DNA of 64,000 nucleotides. Origin: Blastocatellia bacterium. GTDB lineage: Bacteria > Acidobacteriota > Blastocatellia > UBA7656. The DNA is taken from the NCBI GenBank assembly GCA_963765495.1, contig CAVXWP010000007.1:640001-704000 (forward strand). The letters run 5' to 3'. Positions 1-10,115 of this stretch are shown piece after piece (position 1 is the stretch's first letter; every line of letters begins with the position of its first letter). Both the position numbers and the translations under genes were made by a program. Under the pieces are notes generated by a model. That model was not told where the DNA came from. It did no database searches and saw nothing but the letters and a program-made list of their open reading frames with translations.

Positions 1-864
1 CTGCGCTCCGACAACCTGATCAACGTGGCCAACCAGATTGTAGTGATTGCGATCATCGCCATCGGCATGACGATGGTGATAATCACGGGCGGCATAGACC
101 TGTCGGTCGGCAGCCTCATTGCGCTGTCGGCTGTTATCACGGGCACGATGATCGTAAGAATGGGTGGGACCGAGGCATCTCCGCTTGCGATGTTTGCGGG
201 CGCGATGCTTGCGATACTGATATGTGGTGTTGTCGGCCTCTTCTCGGGTCTGATGGTAGCCGGGTTTCGAATGCCTCCCTTTATCGCCACGCTCGGCATG
301 ATGCTGGTAGCCAGCGGCGCAGCCTACCTCATCTCGGGTGGAGAGTCGATCTACCAGATCCCGGATGGATTTGTATGGTTGGGGCGCGGGACCGCATTTC
401 TGGCGATTCCAAACGCAGTGGTGCTGATGATCGTTCTCTACGTCATCGCGCACGTTCTGATGTCGCGGATGACACTCGGGCGTTACATCTACGCCGTGGG
501 GGGCAATGTCGAAGCAGCGCGGTTGTCCGGGGTGAACGTCATTGGGATTCTGCTGTTTGTTTTCGGCATCAGCGGAATGATGGCCGGGCTTGGCGGCGTG
601 GTGCTGACTTCGCAACTCAAGAGCGGCGCGCCCACTTACGGACTTCTCTACGAACTGTATGCTATAGCGGCAGCCGTGCTTGGCGGGACGAGCCTGTCGG
701 GTGGTCAGGGCAAGGTTCTCGGTACGCTTATCGGGGCGTTGATTATCGGAGTCATCCAAAACGGCATGAACCTGACCGGGATACAGAGTTACACTCAGAA
801 GGTGGTTCTCGGGCTCGTCATTCTTGGCGCGGTATTGCTCGATATGTTAAGAAGAAAAGAGTGA
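1..864 (+). CDS. Sugar ABC transporter permease (RbsC/BPD_transp_2 family), 5' end truncated by the window edge
   Basis: Frame is open from base 1. Motifs GGIDLSVGS, PPFIATLG, GRYIYAVGGN..AARLSG and ELYAIAAAVLGGTSLSGG. Confidence 0.9.
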   Translation: MRSDNLINVANQIVVIAIIAIGMTMVIITGGIDLSVGSLIALSAVITGTMIVRMGGTEASPLAMFAGAMLAILICGVVGLFSGLMVAGFRMPPFIATLGMMLVASGAAYLISGGESIYQIPDGFVWLGRGTAFLAIPNAVVLMIVLYVIAHVLMSRMTLGRYIYAVGGNVEAARLSGVNVIGILLFVFGISGMMAGLGGVVLTSQLKSGAPTYGLLYELYAIAAAVLGGTSLSGGQGKVLGTLIGALIIGVIQNGMNLTGIQSYTQKVVLGLVILGAVLLDMLRRKE

Positions 865-921
865 TCGCACTGCCAATAGCAGGGCCGCATCTGAGACAGC
901 GCCAAAGGAGTCGAAACAACG

Positions 922-1590
922 ATGGAACACTCAAGAAGCTATCTACCCGCGGCTGGCTACGACTGGATACTGCCGCTCTATGACCCGGTAGTGAGGTTGC
1001 TTGGCGGTAATGCGGCGAGGCGTACGCTCCTCGATCAAGCGGGATTACGGCCCGGTCAACGAGTTCTCGACGTTGGCTGTGGTACGGGCAGTTTGGTCAC
1101 GCTGATCAAGTGCCTTTATTCAGATGTCGAGGTTGTCGGGCTCGATCCCGACCCGAAGGCACTCGCCCGAGCAAGACGCAAGGCGGAAAGAGACTCTGTC
1201 TCCATCCGGTTCGATCAGGGGTTTGCTGATGAGCTACCGTACCCCGATGCGTCATTTGATCGAGTCTTTTCTTCGTTCATGTTTCACCATCTCGAGCATG
1301 ACGATAGGGAAAACACACTGCGCGCGATCCGGCGCGTTCTCAAACCGGGCGGTTCACTCCATCTGGTCGATTTCGCGGGGCCTGAGTCTGGCGCGACTGG
1401 CCTCCTGGTGTGTTTGTTTCACTCCAGTCACCAACTGAGCGACAACACCGAGGACCGAATCCTCAGCCTCCTAAGCCAGGTTGGGTTTTCAAATCCCAAA
1501 AAGATGAGCCAGGGAGCCATGCTTTTTGGGCTCATGCGCATTAAGTACTATCAGGGATCAGTATCCGCTCTGGATGCCGGTGCTGCCTGA
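922..1590 (+). CDS. Class I SAM-dependent methyltransferase (UbiE/Methyltransf_11-like)
   Basis: Motif I VLDVGCGTG, plus LPYPDASFD and RVLKPGG; AGGAG RBS upstream. Confidence 0.9.
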   Translation: MEHSRSYLPAAGYDWILPLYDPVVRLLGGNAARRTLLDQAGLRPGQRVLDVGCGTGSLVTLIKCLYSDVEVVGLDPDPKALARARRKAERDSVSIRFDQGFADELPYPDASFDRVFSSFMFHHLEHDDRENTLRAIRRVLKPGGSLHLVDFAGPESGATGLLVCLFHSSHQLSDNTEDRILSLLSQVGFSNPKKMSQGAMLFGLMRIKYYQGSVSALDAGAA

Positions 1591-1796
1591 AGATTTTCTG
1601 ATCTTTGCGTAATTCCCTGAGAATCAAACGGCCCTGGTGTCTACCCTGATTTCGCGAACGAGTTACATCCCACGCTATTGCTTTCCCCTTAGTTGTTATG
1701 ATCTTATATAGACCATCTACTTCATTGACATAGGCAAGAGCAAGCGTTTGGGCGTTTGCGTTGCCGAGAATCGCAAAGGGCACAGGGAGATCATCT

Positions 1797-2432
1797 ATGG
1801 CAGGTCAAAGCATCGAACGCCGCGACGTGTTAAGGATTTTGAGTTTGGCCGCAGCGGCAAGCGGGTTTCCGGGGTTCAAGGTCTGGGCATTCGCTCACGA
1901 TCACTCAAATGATGACCAGCACAAACACACCATTCAGCAAAAACAAGCACCGCGCGACGAGGCGTACAGGCCACAATTTTTCACGCCGGATGAATACTCA
2001 CTGGTTGCTCGATTGGCCGAATTGATCATCCCTACGGATGACTCGCCGGGCGCGCGCGAGGCCGGCGTCAGCGAATTCATTGATTTCATGGTGGCAAACG
2101 ACCCGTCACTGCAACCGAAGTTTCGTCGCGGTCTGACCTGGATGAATGCTCATGCGACAAAGCTGTACGGCGCGCGGTTTCTGAATCTTAGCGGGGAACA
2201 GGCGACCGAGATGTTAGGAAATCTGGCCTACAAGGACCGTCATCGCCTGGGCGAAGAGGATGGCCAGGCATTTTTCCAGTTGATACGCGAGTACACCTTG
2301 ATGGGTTTTTATACGTCGCGGGTCGGTATGCAGGTGCTCGATGTTCCCGGCTTGAAGCAATACTACACGGCATCGCCCGCCTGTCCGCACACGGATAATC
2401 GGGCGCACCTCGATCTGAAGCCAAGATACTGA
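1797..2432 (+). CDS. Gluconate 2-dehydrogenase subunit 3-like protein, Tat-exported partner of the GMC oxidoreductase
   Basis: Twin-arginine ERRDVL leader, IIPTDDSPGAREAGVSEFID and GFYTS; lies directly upstream of the GMC gene. Start moved to the ATG at 1797 after GGGAGA. Confidence 0.85.
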   Translation: MAGQSIERRDVLRILSLAAAASGFPGFKVWAFAHDHSNDDQHKHTIQQKQAPRDEAYRPQFFTPDEYSLVARLAELIIPTDDSPGAREAGVSEFIDFMVANDPSLQPKFRRGLTWMNAHATKLYGARFLNLSGEQATEMLGNLAYKDRHRLGEEDGQAFFQLIREYTLMGFYTSRVGMQVLDVPGLKQYYTASPACPHTDNRAHLDLKPRY

Positions 2433-2439
2433 CAAAGTT

Positions 2440-4116
2440 ATGCAAATAAAGAGGGCCAGAAAAGTATACGATGTCATCGTCGTAGGCACGGGAGCCGGTG
2501 GCGGCATGGCGATCAAAACCCTGTGCGAAGCGGGGCTGAATGTGCTCGCGCTCAATTCCGGTCGCCGTCTTGATCCGGCCACAGATTTCCGCAATCACAA
2601 GATGAGTTACGATCTGAAGTATCGCGGTTTCGGCGATCCAAAACGGCGTGACCAGTATTATCACATCGAAAACGAATACAGCGACGGCCTCTGGGAACAC
2701 GGTATAACTTATACGACCGCGCCCGGCACGCAGTGGGAATGGCCGCGCTGTCACGCGGTCGGCGGCAAGACGAATTTCTGGGGGCGTTCGTCGGCGCGTT
2801 TCGGCGACATAGACTTTCGCGCCGCGAGCCTCGACGGATTCGGTGTAGACTGGCCGGTGAGATACGAAGAGGTCGCGCCCTATTACAGCAGGGTCGAGCG
2901 AATGATCGGCGTGTGCAGCACGGTGCAGAATCGCCCGAGCAACCCGGACGGCGAATACCTGCCGCCCTTCAATTTTCGCTGTATAGATTATATTCTCCAA
3001 AACGGCTGCGAAAAGGTCGGCGTGCCTTATCTGCCGGACCGCCACGCTCAATTGACCGTAGATCATAACGGCCATCCGAAGTGCCATTATTGCGGCAACT
3101 GCACGGAAGGCTGCGACACCGGATCATTCTTTTCGACGCCCTGGTTTCTGCTGCCGTCGGCGGAAAAGACGGGCAAGCTGGAGCTTAGAACCGATACGGT
3201 GGCCTCTCACGTCATCGTCAACGAGAAGGGAAGGGCCGCAGGCGTTGCCTATGTTGATCGTAAGAGCAAACGGGAAATCGAAGCCTATGCAAAGGTCGTT
3301 ATCATAGCTGCTTCGTGCGTAGAGACGGCGCGCATAATGCTCAACTCGAAATCGCGCCGCTGGCCCGCAGGTATGGCAAATTCGAGCGGGCAGGTGGGGC
3401 GTAATCTCTGCGATCATCTGTACGGCACGACCGGCAACGGCTACCTGCCGCACCTGCTCGGCCAGCCGAGTTTCCCCGATAATGTCTCAGCGGCTCAGGT
3501 TGCCTGGATGCCGCGCTGGCAAAATCTGACGGACCCGCGTGAAGAGAAGTTTATTCGCGGCTACTCGGTCTATCCTTACGGCGGGTGCGGCGATTATCCC
3601 TGGTACTCCAATCGCCTCGAAGGCTTTGGCGCAGAGTTCAAACGCGACATCAAACGTTACTATCCGACGCCCGTGGGGTTCTATTGCCAGATTCCGTCTC
3701 TGCCTTCCGAGACCAACTTCGTCGAGATAGACCCGGAGGTGAAAGACATCTATGGCATCCCGGTCGTGCGGATACACTTTCAGTGGGGCGAGAATGAGTT
3801 GTTGATGTGGGAGCACGCCAAAAACATTTGCTTTGATGTTATCAAAGCTTCGGGCGGCGAGTATTGGGGTGCGGCAGAGCAGCCGGAAACGCCGGGCTTC
3901 AGCCTTCACGAAACCGGCACTTGCCGTATGGGCGACGATCCGAAGAAGTTTGTAACCAACCGCTTTGGCCAGTGCCATGATGTGCCCAACCTTTACTGCT
4001 GTGACGCCAGCGTCTTTCTATCCTGCACGGATAAGACGACGACCCTGTCCATACTGGCTTTTACACTGCGAACCTCTGAATACCTGATTGAAAACTTTCG
4101 CGCGGGGAAACATTGA
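2440..4116 (+). CDS. GMC-family FAD oxidoreductase (sugar/glycoside dehydrogenase large subunit)
   Basis: YDVIVVGTGAGG FAD motif, CHYCGNCTEGC Fe-S motif, HETGTCRMG. Confidence 0.9.
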   Translation: MQIKRARKVYDVIVVGTGAGGGMAIKTLCEAGLNVLALNSGRRLDPATDFRNHKMSYDLKYRGFGDPKRRDQYYHIENEYSDGLWEHGITYTTAPGTQWEWPRCHAVGGKTNFWGRSSARFGDIDFRAASLDGFGVDWPVRYEEVAPYYSRVERMIGVCSTVQNRPSNPDGEYLPPFNFRCIDYILQNGCEKVGVPYLPDRHAQLTVDHNGHPKCHYCGNCTEGCDTGSFFSTPWFLLPSAEKTGKLELRTDTVASHVIVNEKGRAAGVAYVDRKSKREIEAYAKVVIIAASCVETARIMLNSKSRRWPAGMANSSGQVGRNLCDHLYGTTGNGYLPHLLGQPSFPDNVSAAQVAWMPRWQNLTDPREEKFIRGYSVYPYGGCGDYPWYSNRLEGFGAEFKRDIKRYYPTPVGFYCQIPSLPSETNFVEIDPEVKDIYGIPVVRIHFQWGENELLMWEHAKNICFDVIKASGGEYWGAAEQPETPGFSLHETGTCRMGDDPKKFVTNRFGQCHDVPNLYCCDASVFLSCTDKTTTLSILAFTLRTSEYLIENFRAGKH

Positions 4117-4149
4117 CCCGCCCGTATCAACGGAAGAGGGGTAGCTTTT

Positions 4150-4914
4150 GTGATGGTCAATTGTGAGAGCGGCAGCCCGTCAGGCGACGGGATAAAATGG
4201 TGCGGCCCGACAGGAGATTACGAGGCGATGAGCCGGTCGGCCTCTGAATTGATTGTCGAAGAAATACGCCGCCGACCGGACCTGTTATTATGCGCTGCCA
4301 CGGGCTCAACGCCGACACGTTGTTATGAATTGCTCGCCGAGAAACGGCGAAGCGAGCCTCGATTATTTGATCGGCTGCGAGTCTTGAAGCTTGACGAATG
4401 GGGCGGATTGCCTGTGAACGATCCGGCGACCTGCGAGGCTTATCTGCGGCATTACGTCGTCGAGCCTTTAGGCATCAATGATGCTCGGTATCTCACTTTT
4501 CAAAGCGACGCGCCTGACCCGCAGGTCGAATGTCTGAGAGTCCGCCACCTGCTTGCCGAGCAGCCGCCGATTGGCCTTTGCCTGCTTGGGCTTGGACTCA
4601 ACGGGCACATCGGATTGAATGAGCCTGCCGATTCCTTGCAAGCCTTTACGCACATCGCCGAACTCTCCGAGAGTTCCGCCCGTCACGTTATGTTGGATAA
4701 AGCCACGCGACCGCCTGAATACGGAATAACACTCGGCATGCGAGAGATACTGACATCCGAAAAAATCATTCTGCTCGTCAGCGGCGCAAGCAAGAGCGAG
4801 CAACTGAAGCGTTTGCGATCACAGCACATTTCGACCGCGTTCCCGGCGTCATTATTGTGGCTGCACGGAGATGTTACCTGTCTGTACGACCGGGAAGCGG
4901 CGGCAGACCTGTAA
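4150..4914 (+). CDS. Glucosamine/galactosamine-6-phosphate isomerase-deaminase family (NagB/AgaI-like)
   Basis: ATGSTP, LDEW, LGLGLNGHIGLNEP, FPASLL. Confidence 0.85.
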   Translation: MMVNCESGSPSGDGIKWCGPTGDYEAMSRSASELIVEEIRRRPDLLLCAATGSTPTRCYELLAEKRRSEPRLFDRLRVLKLDEWGGLPVNDPATCEAYLRHYVVEPLGINDARYLTFQSDAPDPQVECLRVRHLLAEQPPIGLCLLGLGLNGHIGLNEPADSLQAFTHIAELSESSARHVMLDKATRPPEYGITLGMREILTSEKIILLVSGASKSEQLKRLRSQHISTAFPASLLWLHGDVTCLYDREAAADL

Positions 4915-4975
4915 ACATTATGCGCGATTTTTGGCAGGCCGTGGAATAAGGCTATGCAAGAGAAAGGTGGAGAGC

Positions 4976-6058
4976 ATGAGTAAACCTGTACGAGTTGGGA
5001 TTATTGGTTCGCAGTTCATCTCAACGATTCACGCCGACGCTTTGCGGCAATGCTCGGGTGCCGAATTGTTTGCCGCCGCCTCAACGAACGAGAGCCATAT
5101 TAAAGCGTTCGCCGAGCAATTCGGCATACCGCATCACCTTACCGACTATCGCCTTATGCTTGAGATGGATGAGATAGATATGGTTGTGGTCGGAGTTCCC
5201 AATGATCTGCACTGTCAGGTCGCCTTAGACGCTGCCCAGGCAGGCATGCACGTTGTCATGGAAAAGCCTTTGTGTCTTAACCTGGCCGAGGCTGACCGGA
5301 TGATCGAGGCCTGTCGCCGGGCTGGCGTCAAGTTGATGTATGCGGAAGAACTCTGCTTTGCGCCAAAGTACGTTCGCCTCAAGCAACTGCTCGATTCAGG
5401 CGCGCTCGGAAAGCCGTTGTTGCTCAAGCAGTCAGAGAAACACGACGGGCCGCACGCCTCGCACTTCTGGGATGTGAATCGTGCAGGCGGCGGCGTAACA
5501 ATGGATATGGGTTGTCACGCTATAGAGTTCTTTCGCTGGATGCTCGGGCGGCCAAAGATCAAATCCGTATACGCGCATATGGGTACTTATCTGCATACGG
5601 ACAAGACCGAAGGCGACGACAATTCGATTCTGATATTTGAGTTTGAAAACGGCGCGACGGCGGTGGCAGAGGAAAGCTGGACCAAACCGGGAGGCATGGA
5701 TGATCGTGCCGAGGTGCACGGCTCACAGGGAGTCGCCTACGCGAATCTGCTGCAAGGTAATTCCATACTGACCTATAGCAGTATCGGTTACGATTACGCG
5801 GTGGAAAAAGCGGGCTCGACAACGGGCTGGAGTTTTACCATTTACGAAGAGGCATGGAATTACGGCTTCCCACAGGAGATGGCGCATTTCGTTGATTGTG
5901 TGAGGCGAGACCTTCAGCCTGAGGTTACGGGTGAAGATGGTCGCGCCGTGCTCGAAGCCATCTTTGCGGCTTACGAATCGGCAGGCACCGGGCGCAGGGT
6001 CGAACTGCCGTTTCATAGCGATGCGCAAAAGCCGTACGATCTTTGGCGGAAGAGTTGA
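4976..6058 (+). CDS. Gfo/Idh/MocA oxidoreductase
   Basis: VGIIGSQFIS Rossmann start, EKP motif, GGGVTMDMGCH. Start taken at ATG 4976. Confidence 0.9.
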   Translation: MSKPVRVGIIGSQFISTIHADALRQCSGAELFAAASTNESHIKAFAEQFGIPHHLTDYRLMLEMDEIDMVVVGVPNDLHCQVALDAAQAGMHVVMEKPLCLNLAEADRMIEACRRAGVKLMYAEELCFAPKYVRLKQLLDSGALGKPLLLKQSEKHDGPHASHFWDVNRAGGGVTMDMGCHAIEFFRWMLGRPKIKSVYAHMGTYLHTDKTEGDDNSILIFEFENGATAVAEESWTKPGGMDDRAEVHGSQGVAYANLLQGNSILTYSSIGYDYAVEKAGSTTGWSFTIYEEAWNYGFPQEMAHFVDCVRRDLQPEVTGEDGRAVLEAIFAAYESAGTGRRVELPFHSDAQKPYDLWRKS

Positions 6059-6068
6059 TGCCGATGAT

Positions 6069-6662
6069 TTATCGGGTGAAGCTAAATTCAGGCGATATGC
6101 CTCCGTCCGGGTTTCTGACCTGCAAGGTTACAGGGAGTCCGGCTTTTATCTTCTTACCGGTTTTCGGCGCTGACAATTTAGTAACCGGTTCGATCTGATC
6201 GTTTGTCGTACCTGTCTGGTCTTTGCCTTCAATCACTATCACGGCTCCGGGGTGGAAGCCTTCGCCGAAAACGGTCAACGTGCCGTGACTTACCTCAGCG
6301 CCGGTGATTTTCGGAGAAGATTTTCCTCGCTGTGTTCCGATAAAAGTTATAAATGTATCACCGCTGCCCCGATAATTTGCCTGTTGCGGGCTTGCCGTCA
6401 CAAAGTTGGATGAATAGGTTTCTCCCGTGACATAAATATTTCCAGATCTGTCCACCGCAATGGCATTGGCCGCATCCTCATCTGAGCCGCCAAAATAGGA
6501 TGAAAAAATCAGACCCGGATTATTTATGGGCGATTGGTTGCTGACATATCCGGCATCTCTAACTTCCCGACTGTGGCCAAAGCTTAAAGGCTGCAACACG
6601 GTGAGCAGTAATCCGGTAAGGACAATTGCGCAGAGTATTAGAACACGCGCTTGACTACACAT
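6069..6662 (-). CDS. Secreted protein with one SBBP beta-propeller repeat and a C-terminal IPT/TIG-like domain
   Basis: Signal peptide; SSYFGGSDEDAANAIAVDRSGNIYVTGETYS is SBBP-like; LTVFGEGF...VRNPDG is Ig-like. Confidence 0.65.
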   Translation of the reverse strand: MCSQARVLILCAIVLTGLLLTVLQPLSFGHSREVRDAGYVSNQSPINNPGLIFSSYFGGSDEDAANAIAVDRSGNIYVTGETYSSNFVTASPQQANYRGSGDTFITFIGTQRGKSSPKITGAEVSHGTLTVFGEGFHPGAVIVIEGKDQTGTTNDQIEPVTKLSAPKTGKKIKAGLPVTLQVRNPDGGISPEFSFTR

Positions 6663-6809
6663 AAGCGGGACTCCTTTTATTCAAAGCGTGATGCGGATAA
6701 GCCGCAGTATAGCACGGTAAATTAATCGGGTGTTAGCAATTATTTTCTCATTGAGTGACTAAATTATCTGAAACGTTAACACCGGCAACCGAAGCACATT
6801 CGACTCCCT

Positions 6810-6844
6810 GAAACTCCACGCCTTACAGGGCGGTGAAGAGGTCA
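6810..6844 (+). mobile_element. Possible isolated IS200/IS605 (TnpB-type) right-end remnant
   Basis: GAAACTCCACGCCTTACAGGGCGGTGAAGAGGTCA resembles the subterminal hairpin plus ...GTCA end of IS605-family elements. No transposase nearby. Confidence 0.4.
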
Positions 6845-7262
6845 TCGTCCACTGGAAATGCAATTGATCGCCGGCGAGATTTAAAGGGCCTGCTCTTTCT
6901 TCAAGGGAGGCGCCTGATTTGGGCCTATTATTTTGCCAGCAAGCGAAAAAGCCTATACGATTTGCAAAGGTTGAATGAGACATCAATCCCATTCGGATTT
7001 TCGATGGAAGCCCGATTTCTTCCACGATCCTGAGTACATGTTGCCTGATAACCTTGAGCGGTTACGGGCGTGAGGGTTATCATCGAAATGTTCGCCTGCT
7101 TTAAGAGAGTTTGCTCTGGGGATAGAGGCGCTGGGACTATTCATCCGTAGCGAGCCGGTTGACCCACGGCTGTAAAATGTAATCTCTCGAAGCGGATTGT
7201 CGGTCACGCACTCGCGGCGGCCGGTTTTTCTAATCATCGTTCTTCATCCGGGGGGATGCCTT

Positions 7263-7742
7263 ATGTCCAAAATCATTGAACTCAATGTGAATAAAACCCG
7301 TCGTCGTGTAGAGGTGGAGCCTGAAAAGAGTTTGTTGAGCGTGCTGCGCGATGATCTTGATCTGACGGGAAGCAAGTACGGCTGCGGGGAAGGGCAGTGC
7401 GGAGCCTGCACCGTGCTGATCGGCAGCACGCCGGCTCGTTCCTGTATTACAAAGGTCGGCTCTGTTGCCGACAAACAGATCACGACGATTGAGGGTCTTG
7501 AAAACAACGGGCGGCTGCATCCGCTTCAGCAAACCTTTCTCGAAGCAGACGCCTTGCAGTGCGGCTACTGCACTTCGGGTATGATCATGTCGGGTGTCGC
7601 CCTTCTTAGTAAAAACTCTAGTCCCGAAGAATCCGAGATCATCCGATTCATGGAGGGGAACATTTGCAGATGTGGAACCTATCCCCGGATAGTAGCCGCT
7701 ATCACGAGCGCGGCGCGGATGATGAAGGGAGGTGTGAAGTGA
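7263..7742 (+). CDS. (2Fe-2S) small subunit of a xanthine-oxidase-family Mo enzyme (CoxS/IorA-like)
   Basis: GCGEGQCGAC and QCGYC...CRC cluster motifs. Confidence 0.92.
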   Translation: MSKIIELNVNKTRRRVEVEPEKSLLSVLRDDLDLTGSKYGCGEGQCGACTVLIGSTPARSCITKVGSVADKQITTIEGLENNGRLHPLQQTFLEADALQCGYCTSGMIMSGVALLSKNSSPEESEIIRFMEGNICRCGTYPRIVAAITSAARMMKGGVK

Positions 7743-9964
7743 GCGACAATATAAGCGATAAACTCACATCCGAAGAGAGAATTGAAATACCTATCGAACC
7801 GGAACGGTATGAACTCTTTGCCTCGCCCCTCTATCGGTTCAAGATAGACCGGCGCGAGTTCTTCAAACTGTTTGGCGGCGGCATCGTTCTGTTTTTCACC
7901 CTCAAAGATGCGGTTGCGTTTCAAAGACCGCAACAAAAACAGTTGGGCGAATCAGGCCGCGCCTCTTCCGGCAGGTCGCTCCCCGAAGAGATCGGCGGCT
8001 GGCTTCACATCGGCGAAGACGGCCGCGTTACGGTCTACACGGGTAAGGTTGAAGTAGGCCAAAACATCCGCACATCGCTTGCCCAGGTCGTGGCCGAAGA
8101 GCTTCGCGTTCCTCTTGAGTCTATTAGTCTTGTAATGGGTGACACAAATCTCACGCCCTTCGATATGGGGACATTCGGGAGCCGGACCACGCCCGTTATG
8201 GGCGCGCAACTCAGAACGGTCTCCGCCGCCGCGCGCGAGGTCTTGATTGATCTTGCCGCCGAACGATTAAAAGCAGATCGCGCTTTGCTTCAAGCCGCCG
8301 ACCAGAGGGTATTCAATACCAGAACAAAACAATCAATCGGTTACGGGCAACTCACAAAGGGCCAGAAACTCTTAAAAGAGATTTCGCAGGATGCGCCAAA
8401 GACCCCGCCGGATAAGTGGATGGTCGCGGGCAAGTCGGCTCCAAAAGTTGATGGCCGGGCCTTCGTCACAGGAAAACACCATTACGCATCCGACATGAAA
8501 CGACCGGGGATGATGTACGGGAGAGTGGTGCGGCCCACGGCTTTCAACGCTGCGCTTGCCGCCTGCGACACGCGCGCGGCCGAAGCTCTTGCGGGCGTGA
8601 CCGTAGTTAAAGACGGCAATTTCATCGGCGTCGCAGCGCCCGACTCGCATCTGGCGGCGCGGGCGGCGCGACTCGTCAAAGCCGAATGGAAGACTACGCC
8701 GCAACCATCCTCTCAGGAACTTTTCGATTATCTCAAAAAGAAGACCTCGGAAGGGCGAGGATACGAGAGAAATTCTCCGACCGCGCGAGGCTCTATTTCA
8801 GAAGGACTCGCCGCCGCCGATAAAAAATTAGAGCAAACCTACACGGTGGCCTACATAGCTCACGCGCCGCTTGAGCCTCGCGCCGCCCTGGCCGAATGGG
8901 ATGAGGGAAAGCTTACGGTGTGGACCGGAACGCAGCGCCCCTTTGGCGTGCGTGGCGAACTGGCAGAGGCGTTCAACATCACAGAAGATCGCGTTCGCGT
9001 CATCATGCCCGACACAGGTTCGGGTTACGGCGGCAAGCATACGGGCGAAGCGGCTATCGAGGCGGCGCGGCTGGCCAGAGCCGTCGGCAAACCCGTGAAA
9101 CTTGTGTGGACGCGCGAAGAGGAATTTACGTGGGCTTATTTCCGGCCTGCCGGTGTGATTGATATATCGAGCGGCGTCAGAGACGATGGCACGATCACGG
9201 CCTGGGAGTTCCACAATTATAATTCGGGCTCTGCGGCCATTCAGCCCCTTTATGAAATTGCGAATCAGCGCATAGAGTTTCACGCCTCCGACTCGCCACT
9301 CAGACAGGGATCGTATCGGGGTCTTGCGGCAACCGCGAATCACTTTGCGCGGGAAATGCACATGGACGAGATGGCTCGTAGCCTGAACATGGACCCGCTG
9401 GAATTTCGCCTGAAGAACCTGAAAGATGAGCGGTTCCGAGCCGTTCTCGAAGCCGCCGCCAAAGCCTTTGGCTGGGGCAAGATCAAGAGCGCGCCCGGTC
9501 GCGGTTTTGGCATCGCGGGCGGATTTGATAAGGGAGGATATGTCGCCACCTGCGCGGAGGTGGGTATAGACCGCTCAACCGGCAAAGTGAAAATCGTTCG
9601 TGTCGTGGAGGCTTTTGAATGCGGCGCGATCATCAACCCCGATCAACTCAAGAATCAGATCGAAGGCGCGATCATAATGGGCATCGGAGGCGCTTTATTC
9701 GAAGCCGTCGAATTTGAGAACGGCAAAATCCTCAACTCGCGATTTTCAAGTTATCGCGTTCCTCGCTTCGGCGATGTCCCAAAGATCGAAGTGGTGCTGA
9801 TAGACCGCAAAGACCTCCCTTCGGCAGGTGCCGGAGAATCTCCGATTGTCGGTCTGGCCCCCGCCGTCGGCAGCGCTATATTCGATGCCACAGGCATCCG
9901 CCTGAGATCGCTTCCGATGGCGATCAGCAGCCTTGAGCAGGGGCGAAATGGACAGCGTATCTGA
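7739..9964 (+). CDS. Molybdopterin-binding large subunit (IorB/aldehyde oxidase family)
   Basis: RREFFK Tat-like motif, EVGQNIRT, GSGYGGK, GAGESP; GTG start overlaps the upstream stop. Confidence 0.9.
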   Translation: MSDNISDKLTSEERIEIPIEPERYELFASPLYRFKIDRREFFKLFGGGIVLFFTLKDAVAFQRPQQKQLGESGRASSGRSLPEEIGGWLHIGEDGRVTVYTGKVEVGQNIRTSLAQVVAEELRVPLESISLVMGDTNLTPFDMGTFGSRTTPVMGAQLRTVSAAAREVLIDLAAERLKADRALLQAADQRVFNTRTKQSIGYGQLTKGQKLLKEISQDAPKTPPDKWMVAGKSAPKVDGRAFVTGKHHYASDMKRPGMMYGRVVRPTAFNAALAACDTRAAEALAGVTVVKDGNFIGVAAPDSHLAARAARLVKAEWKTTPQPSSQELFDYLKKKTSEGRGYERNSPTARGSISEGLAAADKKLEQTYTVAYIAHAPLEPRAALAEWDEGKLTVWTGTQRPFGVRGELAEAFNITEDRVRVIMPDTGSGYGGKHTGEAAIEAARLARAVGKPVKLVWTREEEFTWAYFRPAGVIDISSGVRDDGTITAWEFHNYNSGSAAIQPLYEIANQRIEFHASDSPLRQGSYRGLAATANHFAREMHMDEMARSLNMDPLEFRLKNLKDERFRAVLEAAAKAFGWGKIKSAPGRGFGIAGGFDKGGYVATCAEVGIDRSTGKVKIVRVVEAFECGAIINPDQLKNQIEGAIIMGIGGALFEAVEFENGKILNSRFSSYRVPRFGDVPKIEVVLIDRKDLPSAGAGESPIVGLAPAVGSAIFDATGIRLRSLPMAISSLEQGRNGQRI

Positions 9965-10022
9965 TCTATTATATGAGGTTATCGAGTTTTGCCGGTGAAG
10001 TTTGTGTGCGCGAGGCAACCCC

Positions 10023-10038
10023 TGGCCCGGGCTTTGCA
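10023..10038 (+). promoter_or_regulatory. Putative sigma-54 (-24/-12) promoter
   Basis: TGGCCCGGGCTTTGCA fits GG-N10-GC, upstream of the gene at 10116. Confidence 0.6.
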
Positions 10039-10115
10039 ATCCTACTAAATAAGGAGGAGTTCCAGTGGGGGAGCTACAGGACAGAGAAAGAGGACAGAGA
10101 AAGGTGAAACAGAAA

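Noticed and set aside
6700-7260. Moco riboswitch or pseudogene upstream of the Mo-enzyme genes
   Set aside because: Could not match the Moco motif by eye and the short ORFs have no recognisable motifs. Only a hairpin at about 7046-7082 is visible; an Infernal search would be needed.
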